Assembly: GCA_963663165.1 (NCBI GenBank)
Contig: OY760175.1
Location: 896,001-960,000 of the forward strand
Length of the DNA stretch: 64,000 nucleotides
Origin: an uncultured Desulfospira sp.
GTDB lineage: Bacteria > Desulfobacterota > Desulfobacteria > Desulfobacterales > Desulfobacteraceae
Direction of reading: 5' to 3'
The translations under genes were made by a program, and so were the position numbers. How positions within the stretch are numbered: the first letter of the stretch is position 1; every line of letters starts with the position of its first letter. Shown here one piece after another: positions 19,992-29,907 of this stretch. The notes under the pieces were generated by a model that was not told the DNA's origin, searched no databases, and worked only from the letters and a program-made list of their open reading frames with translations.

Positions 19992-20978
19992 ATGAAGTTG
20001 ATTTTTCGAACAAAAGTTATCTTTCTTTGTCTTGGGGTTTTACTATTCTGCGCCAATGCTTATGCAGGGGCCATGCAGGACTTTAATTTAATCGTCCTTG
20101 GCAACCTTACCGCCGGCAATAGTGATGTGCATGGACGAACCCTTGTTGCCGGGAATATTAAAGGAGGTACAAAAGATTTTGCCATCAGGGAGGGGGCTGT
20201 TTCAAATGATGTCACTACTACGGGGCTCGATAAAAACGATTCCCTGATTGTTGGCGGGCAGATTCTCTCATCGGGTGAGACTCATGTCGACTTTGGCGGT
20301 ACCAGGGTTGGCGGAAGTGACGCAGGCAAAACAATCCTTAATTCCGATTATGTATATTATAACGACACATCTGTTAATGATGTGATCCAGGCGGTCAGTG
20401 CCGATATTCAGGCCACCACGGACTGGTTTGAAAATCTGAACGCCACAGCCACCGAAACCATGACATATACGGCTAGCAATGCTGCTGCACTCAACGTGGC
20501 CACCACCGGTGATACCGCTGTCTTTGAACTGAATTCCAGTCTGATAGACAGTTCAACGGCATTGGCAAATCTTTATATTACCGGCAATCTTTCCGATGTG
20601 GATATGATCCTTATCAAGGTGACAGGAGATAGTAAAAGCCTGGTTACCGGCGGCGGACTGCATTTATCCGAAGCCTTTACAACCTATGCAGACAAAATTG
20701 TGTGGTACTTTCCGGAGCTTGAAAGTCTAAAACTGTCTACCGGATGGGCAGGCTCGGTGGTTGCCACCGGCGCAAATTTCAGTTTTACTTCGCCCATTGA
20801 AGGCTCCGTGGTTGTCAACAACATGACACTTGACTCGGAAATTCACCTGCAAACCCCTTCCTGGGATCGCCCAGACCCCGGCAGCACCGTTCCGGAACCT
20901 GCCACCGCTTTTTTGCTCGGATTTGGAATTCTTGCCATTGCCGGCCGGATAAGACTTCCCGGGCGATTTATAGTATAG
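19992..20978 (+). CDS. Choice-of-anchor A domain PEP-CTERM protein
   Basis: Signal peptide; FNLIVLGNL..SDVHGR.LV.GN; EIH motif; C-terminal VPEPAT-TM-basic tail. Start may instead be 19971. Confidence 0.85.
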   Translation: MKLIFRTKVIFLCLGVLLFCANAYAGAMQDFNLIVLGNLTAGNSDVHGRTLVAGNIKGGTKDFAIREGAVSNDVTTTGLDKNDSLIVGGQILSSGETHVDFGGTRVGGSDAGKTILNSDYVYYNDTSVNDVIQAVSADIQATTDWFENLNATATETMTYTASNAAALNVATTGDTAVFELNSSLIDSSTALANLYITGNLSDVDMILIKVTGDSKSLVTGGGLHLSEAFTTYADKIVWYFPELESLKLSTGWAGSVVATGANFSFTSPIEGSVVVNNMTLDSEIHLQTPSWDRPDPGSTVPEPATAFLLGFGILAIAGRIRLPGRFIV

Positions 20979-21120
20979 TGTCTGATCAAAAACTTGAAAA
21001 TTGTGCCATGTACAAGGCGGGCTGAAATTACAGGTCCGCTGCCTTAAAATTCTTGGGACTTACACGGCATTGCTTCCGGATCATTCTTCCGGCGGGCTGC
21101 TAAGCTGTTTTAAGTATTCA

Positions 21121-21201
21121 TATAAACGGTCACGGACCGTCCCGGGTTATCCAACCAAGAACCGTCCTAAACGAATAATGAAAGTTTTTATAAGTAGTTA
21201 A
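21121..21201 (+). repeat. ~91 bp triple-hairpin repeat, degenerate copy
   Basis: AACGGTCACGGACCGT..GGTTATCCAACCAAG..ATGAAAG. Confidence 0.8.
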
Positions 21202-21442
21202 GCAATGTCATTCGGTCAGATACAAGATGTACAGCTCTTCCAAATCCTCTAACCCCACCGAGATGGAAAGATAAATTTGGTCGCCGTCATAGTTATCCAC
21301 TGAAAAGTTCCAGACCGAGAAAATGTCTTCGTCTTCGTCCATGAGGTCCGTTAAATTTGCCAGCAAGTCTTTGTCCGTGACAAGCGTTGCGGTAAATGAA
21401 AAGTCATTGGAATCTGCCGCCACGGCACCGGACAGACCGCTT

Positions 21443-21479
21443 GGTATCGTAACAAAACGTTGGTGTCGATTGCGATCAT
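21443..21479 (-). pseudogene. VapC/PIN toxin N-terminal stub
   Basis: MIAIDTNVLLRY, ATGA-coupled to the antitoxin, then unrelated sequence. Confidence 0.75.
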
Positions 21480-21691
21480 TGCAGAGAACTCTGCCTGGAC
21501 TCTTCATCAGTCATAGAAGGGTCCCCCTGGACATGTTTTAAGACGCCTTTTGCAATTCCCTGTTTTTTTGTCACAATGGTTAACTGGCCAAGAGCGATAA
21601 AGCATTCCACTTCATCCCCCGGTTTGATTCCCAAAGTTTCACAATGACTTACAGGCAAAGTGATTTGTCTTTTTGCACTGACCTTTGGCAT
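21476..21691 (-). CDS. AbrB/MazE-family antitoxin
   Basis: KVSAKRQITLP...LGIKPGDEV; RBS GGAGG. Confidence 0.85.
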   Translation of the reverse strand: MPKVSAKRQITLPVSHCETLGIKPGDEVECFIALGQLTIVTKKQGIAKGVLKHVQGDPSMTDEESRQSSLQ

Positions 21692-21936
21692 GTCCCCTCC
21701 TTTACTATTTGTCAATCGGTAAAGATTATCCCCTCTTCGTCGGGACCAAAAAGGACCGCATCAAGCCAGGCAGGGTGAGCACGTTTTTTGTACCCACAAT
21801 GCCGGTGGTTTGTAAACCAACCTGCTTTTTACCCCCCCCTCTACCCTTTGGGGTATAGATTAAAAACAGCCCTGATTATACTTCTCGTGAGTGAAAGCTG
21901 ATTAATCCCTAATTTGAGTTATTGAGGAGGCTCAAC

Positions 21937-23394
21937 ATGTTTATTGGTAAAAAATTTTCACTTATTTTAGTGGCGGCCGGTTTATTTATCCCGGTATTGA
22001 CCCTGCCCCTGCACGCACAGGATTACCCCCATCCGGGCACCTATGTGCCGTCCCCTGCACAAGTCGCCGAGCATAAAGCGGTAATTGACGACCCCAGGCC
22101 GATTTTAAAAGAGTTTGGGATTCATCAGCTTGTGCCAAAGGAAATGCTGGAAAAAATGACGTGGGACGTCGGGCAGATGAAGCAGCAGTGGAGCCAAATC
22201 AAAGGGTTTAAGGCCCCGGATGTGGTGGGCAAAATTGCCCCGGACATCAAGCCCGGCAAATATACCTGGGAGGATGTACAGAACAATCCCGGATTTAAAG
22301 AGCTGTTGCCCGAAGGCTATATCGAGCGGTTCAAAAAAACAGCCCCGCCCCTGGCCGGCACTTTTGAAGAATTTGAAATCATCCCCACCCGCCAGTACTA
22401 CATGCCCCTGCCCGTGGCCGAGGCCACGGCCAAAAATGCCGGAAAAACCCGGCTGGATGACCAGGGATATATCATAGACAAAACCTGGGTGTCCGGAATG
22501 CCCTTTCCCCGGCCTGAAGGCAAATTCAAGGCCCAGCAGATCATGTATAACTTAAAATTCACATACGAGTGCTGGGGCGGCAATATATACTTTGTTGACA
22601 ATGCCGTGGGGTGGAACCGGAACCTGGAACAGGATTTTACCAACACCCTTCACTATTACGGGGCAAGGATGAACGGCCGGGTCATCTTTCCCCCCCTTGG
22701 CGCCATCAATGAGCGAGCCGCCAACCGGCGGGAACTTAAAGGGGAGATCACCATTTATGATGCCCCCCGGGATGTGGCCGGTATGACCATGGTGACCATC
22801 TCCTTTATTCCGGCTGAGTCCGAATCCCAGAGCATGATGTACCTGCCGTCCCTGCGAAGGGTCAGGAAACTGAGCGCATCAGACACCCAGGACCCCATGG
22901 CCGGATTTTCCCAGGCCGTGGATGATCTTGGCGGGTTTGCCCAAACCATGTCCCCTGATGAGTATCCCATGTCATATGAGGTGATTGCCGAGCGGGAGTA
23001 CCTGGTCACCGCCCCCACCACAGACGGCGCATTTACCATCACCCAACAGGGGACCATCGTGGGACAGCAGTTTGAAAGACGGCCGGTATGGGTGGTCCTT
23101 CTCACGGAGCTGGATCCCAATTATGTCTATTCAAAGCGCATCTTATACATCGACCAGGAAACCAACCGGCTCATTTTCTCAGATATGTACGACCAGAAGG
23201 GACGAAAATACAGGACCACGGAAAACGGCGGTTCCTGGCATCCGGAATTTGGCGTTGTCAGCTCCGGCGGCGGCTGGGTGCTGGCCTGCGACCACATTGA
23301 GTATCACACGGAAATTTCGGTCTCCTATGAACTGCCGGCCGTCTATGACGCTGAAGATATCAGCTTAAGAAACATGATGCGCAGGGCCAAGTAG
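21937..23394 (+). CDS. DUF1329 family periplasmic protein
   Basis: Signal peptide; GMPFP.P; PRDVAG; YLPSLRRVRKLS; YSKRILYID.E; MYDQKG. Confidence 0.85.
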   Translation: MFIGKKFSLILVAAGLFIPVLTLPLHAQDYPHPGTYVPSPAQVAEHKAVIDDPRPILKEFGIHQLVPKEMLEKMTWDVGQMKQQWSQIKGFKAPDVVGKIAPDIKPGKYTWEDVQNNPGFKELLPEGYIERFKKTAPPLAGTFEEFEIIPTRQYYMPLPVAEATAKNAGKTRLDDQGYIIDKTWVSGMPFPRPEGKFKAQQIMYNLKFTYECWGGNIYFVDNAVGWNRNLEQDFTNTLHYYGARMNGRVIFPPLGAINERAANRRELKGEITIYDAPRDVAGMTMVTISFIPAESESQSMMYLPSLRRVRKLSASDTQDPMAGFSQAVDDLGGFAQTMSPDEYPMSYEVIAEREYLVTAPTTDGAFTITQQGTIVGQQFERRPVWVVLLTELDPNYVYSKRILYIDQETNRLIFSDMYDQKGRKYRTTENGGSWHPEFGVVSSGGGWVLACDHIEYHTEISVSYELPAVYDAEDISLRNMMRRAK

Positions 23395-23448
23395 GGCCCA
23401 AGTAGGGCTTGAACAAAAATTCAACAACGCAAAAGGAAACGCATACAG

Positions 23449-24891
23449 ATGAAAAAACATACCCATTGTGCCGCAGCTTTAATCGTTATGGTGCCCATGA
23501 TCATGGCGTTTTGCATGATGATACCGGGAACAGCCTTATCCGGAACCGGCCCGGTTGAGTTTTCCGGTTATATTGAACAGGGGGCCAATTTTGGTATTGC
23601 CGGTGACAAACAGGACAACAAAGAGGGATTCCAGCAGGCCGTCACAAAGGTCCTTCTTGAAGCACGCCATGATTTTTCAGACACCCTGTTTTTCTATGGA
23701 TCAGGCCGGCTGGATGTGGACCTGGCCTATGATCTGTTACATGACAACCATGAATGGGAAAGCAAGGGGTTCAATAAATCCAGGGACGAGCGCCAGATGC
23801 TGGATGAATGGAATGACCTCCTTTTTGAGGCCCATCTGACCTGGACCCCGGGGGATTTCAGGATCCGGGTGGGCAAGCAGATCATTCAATGGGGGGAGAT
23901 GGACATTGTGCCGGTGACCAGCCAGGTGTCGCCCCAGGACTACCGCAGGGGGTATACGGAAAACGATTTTGAATTGCTGTTTTTACCGGTTACCATGGCC
24001 AAGATAGAGTATTATCCCCCTATCTTTACCGAGTCTGTCTCCCATGTGGCCATTGAACTGGTCATCAACCCGGGCATCGAATTTCGGGGAACGGAAGGCT
24101 GGGTCGAGGCCTCAAGCCAGGATGCCGGGATCTGGACCCCGGACATGATGGACTTATGGATTCCGGCCAACTATGCTGAAGATATAGACTTCAAAGAGCC
24201 GGACCATTACGAGGAGTTCGGACTGCGTGTCTCTGCGGATATTTTTGAGACCTATATCCAGGTCATGTACTTCAACGGGATCCAGAACAACCCGGTGGTG
24301 ACCGAAGTGGATGCCTGGTTTACCTCCACCAAAGCCGGATACAGGGATGAAGAGTTTATCGGCATGTCCCTTTCCCGGGAACTGCCCTTTTCCCTTTCCG
24401 CCCTTGGCGGGGTTAAACCGGTGCTGCGCCTTGAAACCGCCTATTTCTTTGACTCCACCATCGGGTTCTACTATATCCCGGATTATTTTATGAGCCTTAT
24501 CAAAGACAAGTGGCTGTGGGGCGTCGGCCTGGACTGGAAAATCGATATCCCCCTTTTAAACCCCAGGGCCGACATTACCGTTTATCCGGAAGTGGTTCAG
24601 GAACTGGTCCTTGACACCAACACCGCTGAAGTGGATGCCGTCAGCGGTGCCCAAAAAACAACCTCCTGGAACCTGACCCTGGAAACCCTCTATCTGCACG
24701 ACAAGCTCAAGGCCTCTTTGTTTATTCAGTATGAATCCGAGTACAATACCCGGCAGATCAACCCGGCCATTGAGTACAGCCCGGATGAAAACTGGACCTA
24801 CCGGCTCGGCGTCCGGTGGTTTGACGGAACCAAAGATATCACGTGGAACCACAAAGACCACATCTATGCATCGGTATCCTACCAGTTTTAA
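23449..24891 (+). CDS. DUF1302-like outer-membrane beta-barrel protein
   Basis: Signal peptide; RVGKQIIQWGE.D; C-terminal SVSYQF; gene context. Confidence 0.75.
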   Translation: MKKHTHCAAALIVMVPMIMAFCMMIPGTALSGTGPVEFSGYIEQGANFGIAGDKQDNKEGFQQAVTKVLLEARHDFSDTLFFYGSGRLDVDLAYDLLHDNHEWESKGFNKSRDERQMLDEWNDLLFEAHLTWTPGDFRIRVGKQIIQWGEMDIVPVTSQVSPQDYRRGYTENDFELLFLPVTMAKIEYYPPIFTESVSHVAIELVINPGIEFRGTEGWVEASSQDAGIWTPDMMDLWIPANYAEDIDFKEPDHYEEFGLRVSADIFETYIQVMYFNGIQNNPVVTEVDAWFTSTKAGYRDEEFIGMSLSRELPFSLSALGGVKPVLRLETAYFFDSTIGFYYIPDYFMSLIKDKWLWGVGLDWKIDIPLLNPRADITVYPEVVQELVLDTNTAEVDAVSGAQKTTSWNLTLETLYLHDKLKASLFIQYESEYNTRQINPAIEYSPDENWTYRLGVRWFDGTKDITWNHKDHIYASVSYQF

Positions 24892-25168
24892 ATAACGGTC
24901 ACGGACCGTCTTTGGTTATCCAACCAAGAACCGGTCCACAACAAAAGATGGAAGTCTTTACGGGTAGTTAGTCAGACTTTCATATAACGGCCACGGGCCG
25001 TCTTGGTTATCCAACCAAGAACCGCCCACAACAAATAATGAAAGTCTTCTCAGGAGGTTAGTGAGACTTTCATATAAACAGCCACGGGCTGATTTGGTTA
25101 TCCAACCAAGATCCGCCCACAACAAATAATGAAAGTCCTCTCAAGATGTTAGTGAGACTTTCATATAA
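24892..25168 (+). repeat. Three tandem copies of the ~91 bp triple-hairpin repeat
   Basis: Unit AACGGCCACGGGCCGT-CTTGGTTATCCAACCAAG-...-ATGAAAGTC..GACTTTCAT repeated head to tail. Confidence 0.95.
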
Positions 25169-25245
25169 AACCCGACAGACCCGGGGGCCAGTTTTCCTTA
25201 ACGGGCCGGCCCCTTTGGATAAGACCCGAACATAAGCAGATCCAT

Positions 25246-26265
25246 ATGGTAAACAAAATATTTCACCACACCTTTTGGGCCGCGTTGACGCTGCCTTTAC
25301 TAATTTTTTTGTGGGCCTGCCCGGCCTTTTGTGAATACGGCCTGTTTAACCGTGACCTTTTTTCCGTATCCTTTCCGGCACCTGAATCCGGGTGGGCCTG
25401 CGGCCGGCGGGGAATCATCGCCGCCACCCGCGACGGCGGCAACACCTGGGACCGCCAGGAGAGCGGGACACGTTTTACCCTCTCCTCCATTTGTTTTACG
25501 GACGTGCAAACCGGCTGGGCCGTGGGGGATGTGGGAACCATCCTTCATACCGTGGACGGCGGCAAGACCTGGCAGCCCCAGAAAAGCCCCGTCAGCTATT
25601 ATTTAATGTCGGTTTGTTTTGCCGATTCCCTTACCGGATGGATTGCCACTGAGATGAGTACCATTCTCTTTACCCGTGACGGGGGCCTGACCTGGGAGGT
25701 CCAGTTTCAGGACCCGGATGAGGAGTTTGTGTTCCGGAGCATTTCATTTTGCGATGAAAACAACGGGTGGGCTGCCGGGGAGTACGGCTTTATCTACCAT
25801 ACGACCGACGGCGGCAGCACCTGGGAAAAACAGGCCGGATTTTTAAGGATTTCTCTTGAAACCGAGATGATGGAAACGGGCAACTTTATTTTTGATGTCT
25901 GGGCTGTTGATCCGGATACGGCCTGGGTGGCGGGCCTTGGAAAATATATCGCCGTAACCCGGGACAACGGAAACACCTGGCAACAGATCCAAACCGACGT
26001 GATTGATCCGGTCCACCTGTTTGCGGTATGGGCGGATCAAACCGGCCATGTCATCATCGGCGGAAACGGCACCCTGATTGAAAGCATCGACAATGGGGCT
26101 TCCTTTCAAAAGGCAGCCGTCACGCCCCCGGTGACCTATGGATGGATCGGCGACATTGAACCTTCGGCAGACAATACTTTTTTTGCCGTGGGCATCAAGG
26201 CCTGGATCTATAAAACCCATACCGGCCCTTCCGGCCATTGGCTAAACCTCAACCCGAGCAGATAA
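25246..26265 (+). CDS. YCF48-like BNR/Asp-box repeat protein
   Basis: Repeated GWA.G..G.I..T.DGG.TW units. Confidence 0.9.
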   Translation: MVNKIFHHTFWAALTLPLLIFLWACPAFCEYGLFNRDLFSVSFPAPESGWACGRRGIIAATRDGGNTWDRQESGTRFTLSSICFTDVQTGWAVGDVGTILHTVDGGKTWQPQKSPVSYYLMSVCFADSLTGWIATEMSTILFTRDGGLTWEVQFQDPDEEFVFRSISFCDENNGWAAGEYGFIYHTTDGGSTWEKQAGFLRISLETEMMETGNFIFDVWAVDPDTAWVAGLGKYIAVTRDNGNTWQQIQTDVIDPVHLFAVWADQTGHVIIGGNGTLIESIDNGASFQKAAVTPPVTYGWIGDIEPSADNTFFAVGIKAWIYKTHTGPSGHWLNLNPSR

Positions 26266-26283
26266 AAAGGCTACGCAAAAACC

Positions 26284-28722
26284 GTGACACAGAAAATTAA
26301 AACAGACCGCAAAGGGCTTGCCGACGTGATTATGGGACAAAAAAAAGGGGTTATTGTCCTGGTTGTATTGCTGACACTGGGGTTTGGCATGGGCATGGGA
26401 AAAATTAAAAATGAAGTGGTGTTATCCGACCTGTTTCCCCTGGATCACCCCTACCTTCAATTAATGGACAAATTTTACGAGGTCTTCGGCGGGTTTGGCA
26501 TGGGGGTTCTCATCGGGGTAGAATCCAAAGATCAGGATATCTTCAATCCCGAAACCCTGGCCAAGGTCAGGGACATTACCCTGGAAATTGAGTTGTGGGA
26601 TGAGGTGTACCGGCTCCAGACCTTTTCCATGGCCTCCAGTGCGGCCAAGGTGGTCAAGCTTTTGCCCGGCGGGGAAATCCGTTCGGAAAACCTGATGTTT
26701 CCTGAAGTGCCCCAGGACCCGGCCGGGATAGAGGCGTTAAAGACAAATATCTTTACCGATCCCACCTATGACGGCGTGTCCGTATCCATGGACGGCACAG
26801 CGGCCATGATCACCACATCTTTTAGAGAAGACATTTCCTACAGCCGGGTTTATGCCAAGATGCAGGACCTTAAAAAACGGTATGAAGATGAGAACACCAC
26901 CCTTCATATTCTGGGGTTTCCCATGCTCATGGGGGTGATCTACAGTTTTGTGGGCCAGATGTACCTGGTATTTGCCATCTCCGTTGTCCTCATGGTGGTC
27001 ATCCTTTTTCTTATCTTCAGGAATGCCTTAGGGATCATCGCCCCGTTGACCATGCTGGTGATCTGCACCATCATGGGGCTGGGATTTACCGGGTGGATCC
27101 AGATGAATTTCTCCCCCCTGCTTTATGTGCTGGCCTTTTTAGTGGGGGCGAGGATGCTGAGCAACTCGGTGCAGATCACCCACCGGTATATTGAAGAACT
27201 CAAGGCCACAGGGCATGTGGACCAGGCCACGGGCAACACCATCACCGCCATGTGGAAGCCCAATGCCGCGGCGGTCATGACCGATGCGGCCGGATTTCTG
27301 GTCCTGGGCCTGGCCAAGATTGTCCTGCTCCAGCAGCTGGCCGTTATCATGAGTTTCTGGATGCTGACCATCGGCCTTTCAGGCATTCTGGTGCCCCTGA
27401 TCTGCAGCATGGTGCCCGTTGACCCTAAGACTTTGAAAACCGCGCCGGCGCAAACAAAAGAGAGCCACTGGCTTGACCGGATGATTCTCAACACAGTGAA
27501 CTTTTCCATTGGCCGGGGAAGGCCCCTGATTTTCATCATCATTGCCGCCATCCTTGCCGTGGGAATCTGGCAGATCAAACATTTAGAGGTGGGCGACCCC
27601 ACCCCCGGTTCGGCCATCCTCTGGCCTGATCAGCAGTACAATACGGACACCGCCCTTCTCAATGAGAAATTCAAGGCATCTTCCGATGATTTCTCCCTTT
27701 TCTTTGAAGGAGAGAAGGGGGCGGTTTACCAGCCCCAAGTATTGAAAACCCTGGAGGATTTTTCCGATTATATGCTCGAAACCCTGCCGGACATCTATAA
27801 ATCTTCGGACTCCATCCTCAACCTGGTCCGGTCGGTGAACTACATGTTCCGGGAGGGAGACCCCTTAAGATACCAGCTGCCCGCCAACCTTGAGGAGATG
27901 ACCGGCCTTTTGGGACAGCTGAAATCCACCATTGATCCGGCGGTTCTGGCCCTGTATATGGACAAGGAGATGCGGCGGACCCAGATCACCCTCTATTTTG
28001 CCGACCATACCTCCCAAAATATCATCCGCATCAAAAAAGCGGCCTATGATTTTTTCAAAAACAAAGGGATAGCACTTGAGAACGGCGGGTTTACCACTGA
28101 GCACGGCACCTATTTTCTGGCCGGCGGAGCCATTGGGATGGAGATTGCCCTGAACGAGGAGATGCGGCGCTCCCATGCGGTCATGGACGCCTTGGTGCTG
28201 CTGGCCATCTTTGTCATGTGTTCTTTGACCTTCCGGTCTATGGCCGCCGGGCTCATGCTCGCGGTTCCGCTGCTGTTTTCCAACCTGATTGCCTTTACCT
28301 ACATGACCTTTGCCAATGTAGGGCTGACCACCAACACCCTGCCGTGTTCGGCAGTGGGCGTGGGGGTGGGCGTGGATTTTGCCATCTATCTGTACTCAAG
28401 GTGCATGGAGGGGTTCACCCCGGAAAAAAGTTACAGCCAGGTGGTGGTCGAATCGGCTAAAACAGCCGGCAAGGGCATCATCTTTACCGGGATCACCCTG
28501 ATCCTGCCCCTGATCATGTGGTACGCGGTTTCCGGATTGAAATTCCAGGCCCAGATGGGATTTTTCCTGTCCATGCTGCTGTTTACCAATATGGTGGCGG
28601 CCTTAACCCTTCACCCGCTGTTAATCTGCGCCATCCGGCCTGAATTTCTTAAAAGAAAGGCAAACCAGAGCTTGCAGCCCAAACTTTCAGGATTTCACCC
28701 CTCAGGGGCGGAACACGGTTAA
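26284..28722 (+). CDS. MMPL/RND family transporter
   Basis: Two-repeat topology of about 12 TM helices with two periplasmic loops; GVGVGVDFAIY. Confidence 0.9.
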   Translation: MTQKIKTDRKGLADVIMGQKKGVIVLVVLLTLGFGMGMGKIKNEVVLSDLFPLDHPYLQLMDKFYEVFGGFGMGVLIGVESKDQDIFNPETLAKVRDITLEIELWDEVYRLQTFSMASSAAKVVKLLPGGEIRSENLMFPEVPQDPAGIEALKTNIFTDPTYDGVSVSMDGTAAMITTSFREDISYSRVYAKMQDLKKRYEDENTTLHILGFPMLMGVIYSFVGQMYLVFAISVVLMVVILFLIFRNALGIIAPLTMLVICTIMGLGFTGWIQMNFSPLLYVLAFLVGARMLSNSVQITHRYIEELKATGHVDQATGNTITAMWKPNAAAVMTDAAGFLVLGLAKIVLLQQLAVIMSFWMLTIGLSGILVPLICSMVPVDPKTLKTAPAQTKESHWLDRMILNTVNFSIGRGRPLIFIIIAAILAVGIWQIKHLEVGDPTPGSAILWPDQQYNTDTALLNEKFKASSDDFSLFFEGEKGAVYQPQVLKTLEDFSDYMLETLPDIYKSSDSILNLVRSVNYMFREGDPLRYQLPANLEEMTGLLGQLKSTIDPAVLALYMDKEMRRTQITLYFADHTSQNIIRIKKAAYDFFKNKGIALENGGFTTEHGTYFLAGGAIGMEIALNEEMRRSHAVMDALVLLAIFVMCSLTFRSMAAGLMLAVPLLFSNLIAFTYMTFANVGLTTNTLPCSAVGVGVGVDFAIYLYSRCMEGFTPEKSYSQVVVESAKTAGKGIIFTGITLILPLIMWYAVSGLKFQAQMGFFLSMLLFTNMVAALTLHPLLICAIRPEFLKRKANQSLQPKLSGFHPSGAEHG

Positions 28723-28823
28723 CCTCTTTGTTGTTTTATGATATTAATTGAGAATCTTTCAGGGGCATGAAATCGGTATCCGTGCCCCTGAATATGTAGA
28801 ACTTTAATAAAAATTGGGGTTGT

Positions 28824-29720
28824 TTGAGGATGACAGGTTCGGCGTACGCTTTAGGGGCGGCCTTTTTCTGGGCCGCCGGTGTTATTTTATTCAAAAAAAG
28901 CCAGGGCACGTTTTCTCCGGTTCCCCTGAACATTTATAAAAGCATTGTGGCCCTGGTCCTGTTGACCGGCACCATGCTGATATTCAAGGTTCCGTTTTTT
29001 CCGGGCCATCCCCATAGATACTGGATTTTGCTGTCCTTGTCCGGCTTTCTCGGCATTACCCTGGCCGACCTGCTTTTTTTTATTGCCCTGGACCGGCTGG
29101 GCGCCGGGTTCCTGGCTGTAGTAGAATGTTTTTACCTGCCCTGTATTCTGTTGTTCTCTTTTGTTCTGCTGGATGAATCCCTGTCTGCCCCGGGCATTGC
29201 CGGAACCTTTTTGATTCTCGGGGCCATCGGCTTGGGATCGGTTTCCTTCCGGCAAAGGCCCCAGGATAAGGCCTTAAACGCTCAAATTTCCTTTATCGGT
29301 CTCGGGGCGGGGTTTTTGTCCATGATTCTTCTGGCCTGGGGCATTGTGATGGTCAAGGATGTACTGGAGCAGACCCATGTGTTATGGGCCACCCTGGTCC
29401 GGGTCGCGGCCGGGATACTGCCCCTGGGAATTATCGTGCTGTTTCATCCCAAACGGGATCAATACCTTAAGGAGTTAAAGTTCTCAAATGCCTGGCTGAC
29501 CGCCCTGCCCGCCTCCATTTCAGCTAACTTTCTGGCTCTCTTGTGCTGGATTGCCGGCATGAAATACACCACCGTATCAAGGGCCGCCATCCTCAACCAG
29601 ATGTCCACCATCTTTATTTTTATTCTGGCCGCCCTTTTTTTAAAGGAGAGAATCACGGTCAACAAAAGCATTGCCATCATCCTTGCCGTGGCCGGGGCCT
29701 GGCTGACCATTGTGGGATAA
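28824..29720 (+). CDS. DMT/EamA family transporter
   Basis: About 10 hydrophobic helices in two repeats; FLKERIT motif. Confidence 0.85.
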   Translation: MRMTGSAYALGAAFFWAAGVILFKKSQGTFSPVPLNIYKSIVALVLLTGTMLIFKVPFFPGHPHRYWILLSLSGFLGITLADLLFFIALDRLGAGFLAVVECFYLPCILLFSFVLLDESLSAPGIAGTFLILGAIGLGSVSFRQRPQDKALNAQISFIGLGAGFLSMILLAWGIVMVKDVLEQTHVLWATLVRVAAGILPLGIIVLFHPKRDQYLKELKFSNAWLTALPASISANFLALLCWIAGMKYTTVSRAAILNQMSTIFIFILAALFLKERITVNKSIAIILAVAGAWLTIVG

Positions 29721-29907
29721 CAATACATCAGAAATGGGCTGACCATAAAAATTATGGTTGCATCCTGTTAACGGCAAAGGATATACAATCAAAACCAATG
29801 TCCGGTTTTATTCCATTCCGTTTTTAAGGCTTGGATATTTTTCAAATCATCCGGATATTCAGTTATTCTGATGCAGCATCATAATCAGTCAACGCTCAGG
29901 AGCAGTT

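Noticed and set aside
24892..24985. 91 bp repeat as an attC site (TAAC...GTTAG)
   Set aside because: No L''/L' complementarity across the unit; pairing is in three local stems.
24892..25168. CRISPR array
   Set aside because: Units are similar along nearly their whole ~91 bp, have no unique spacers, are dispersed through the window, and no cas genes are present.
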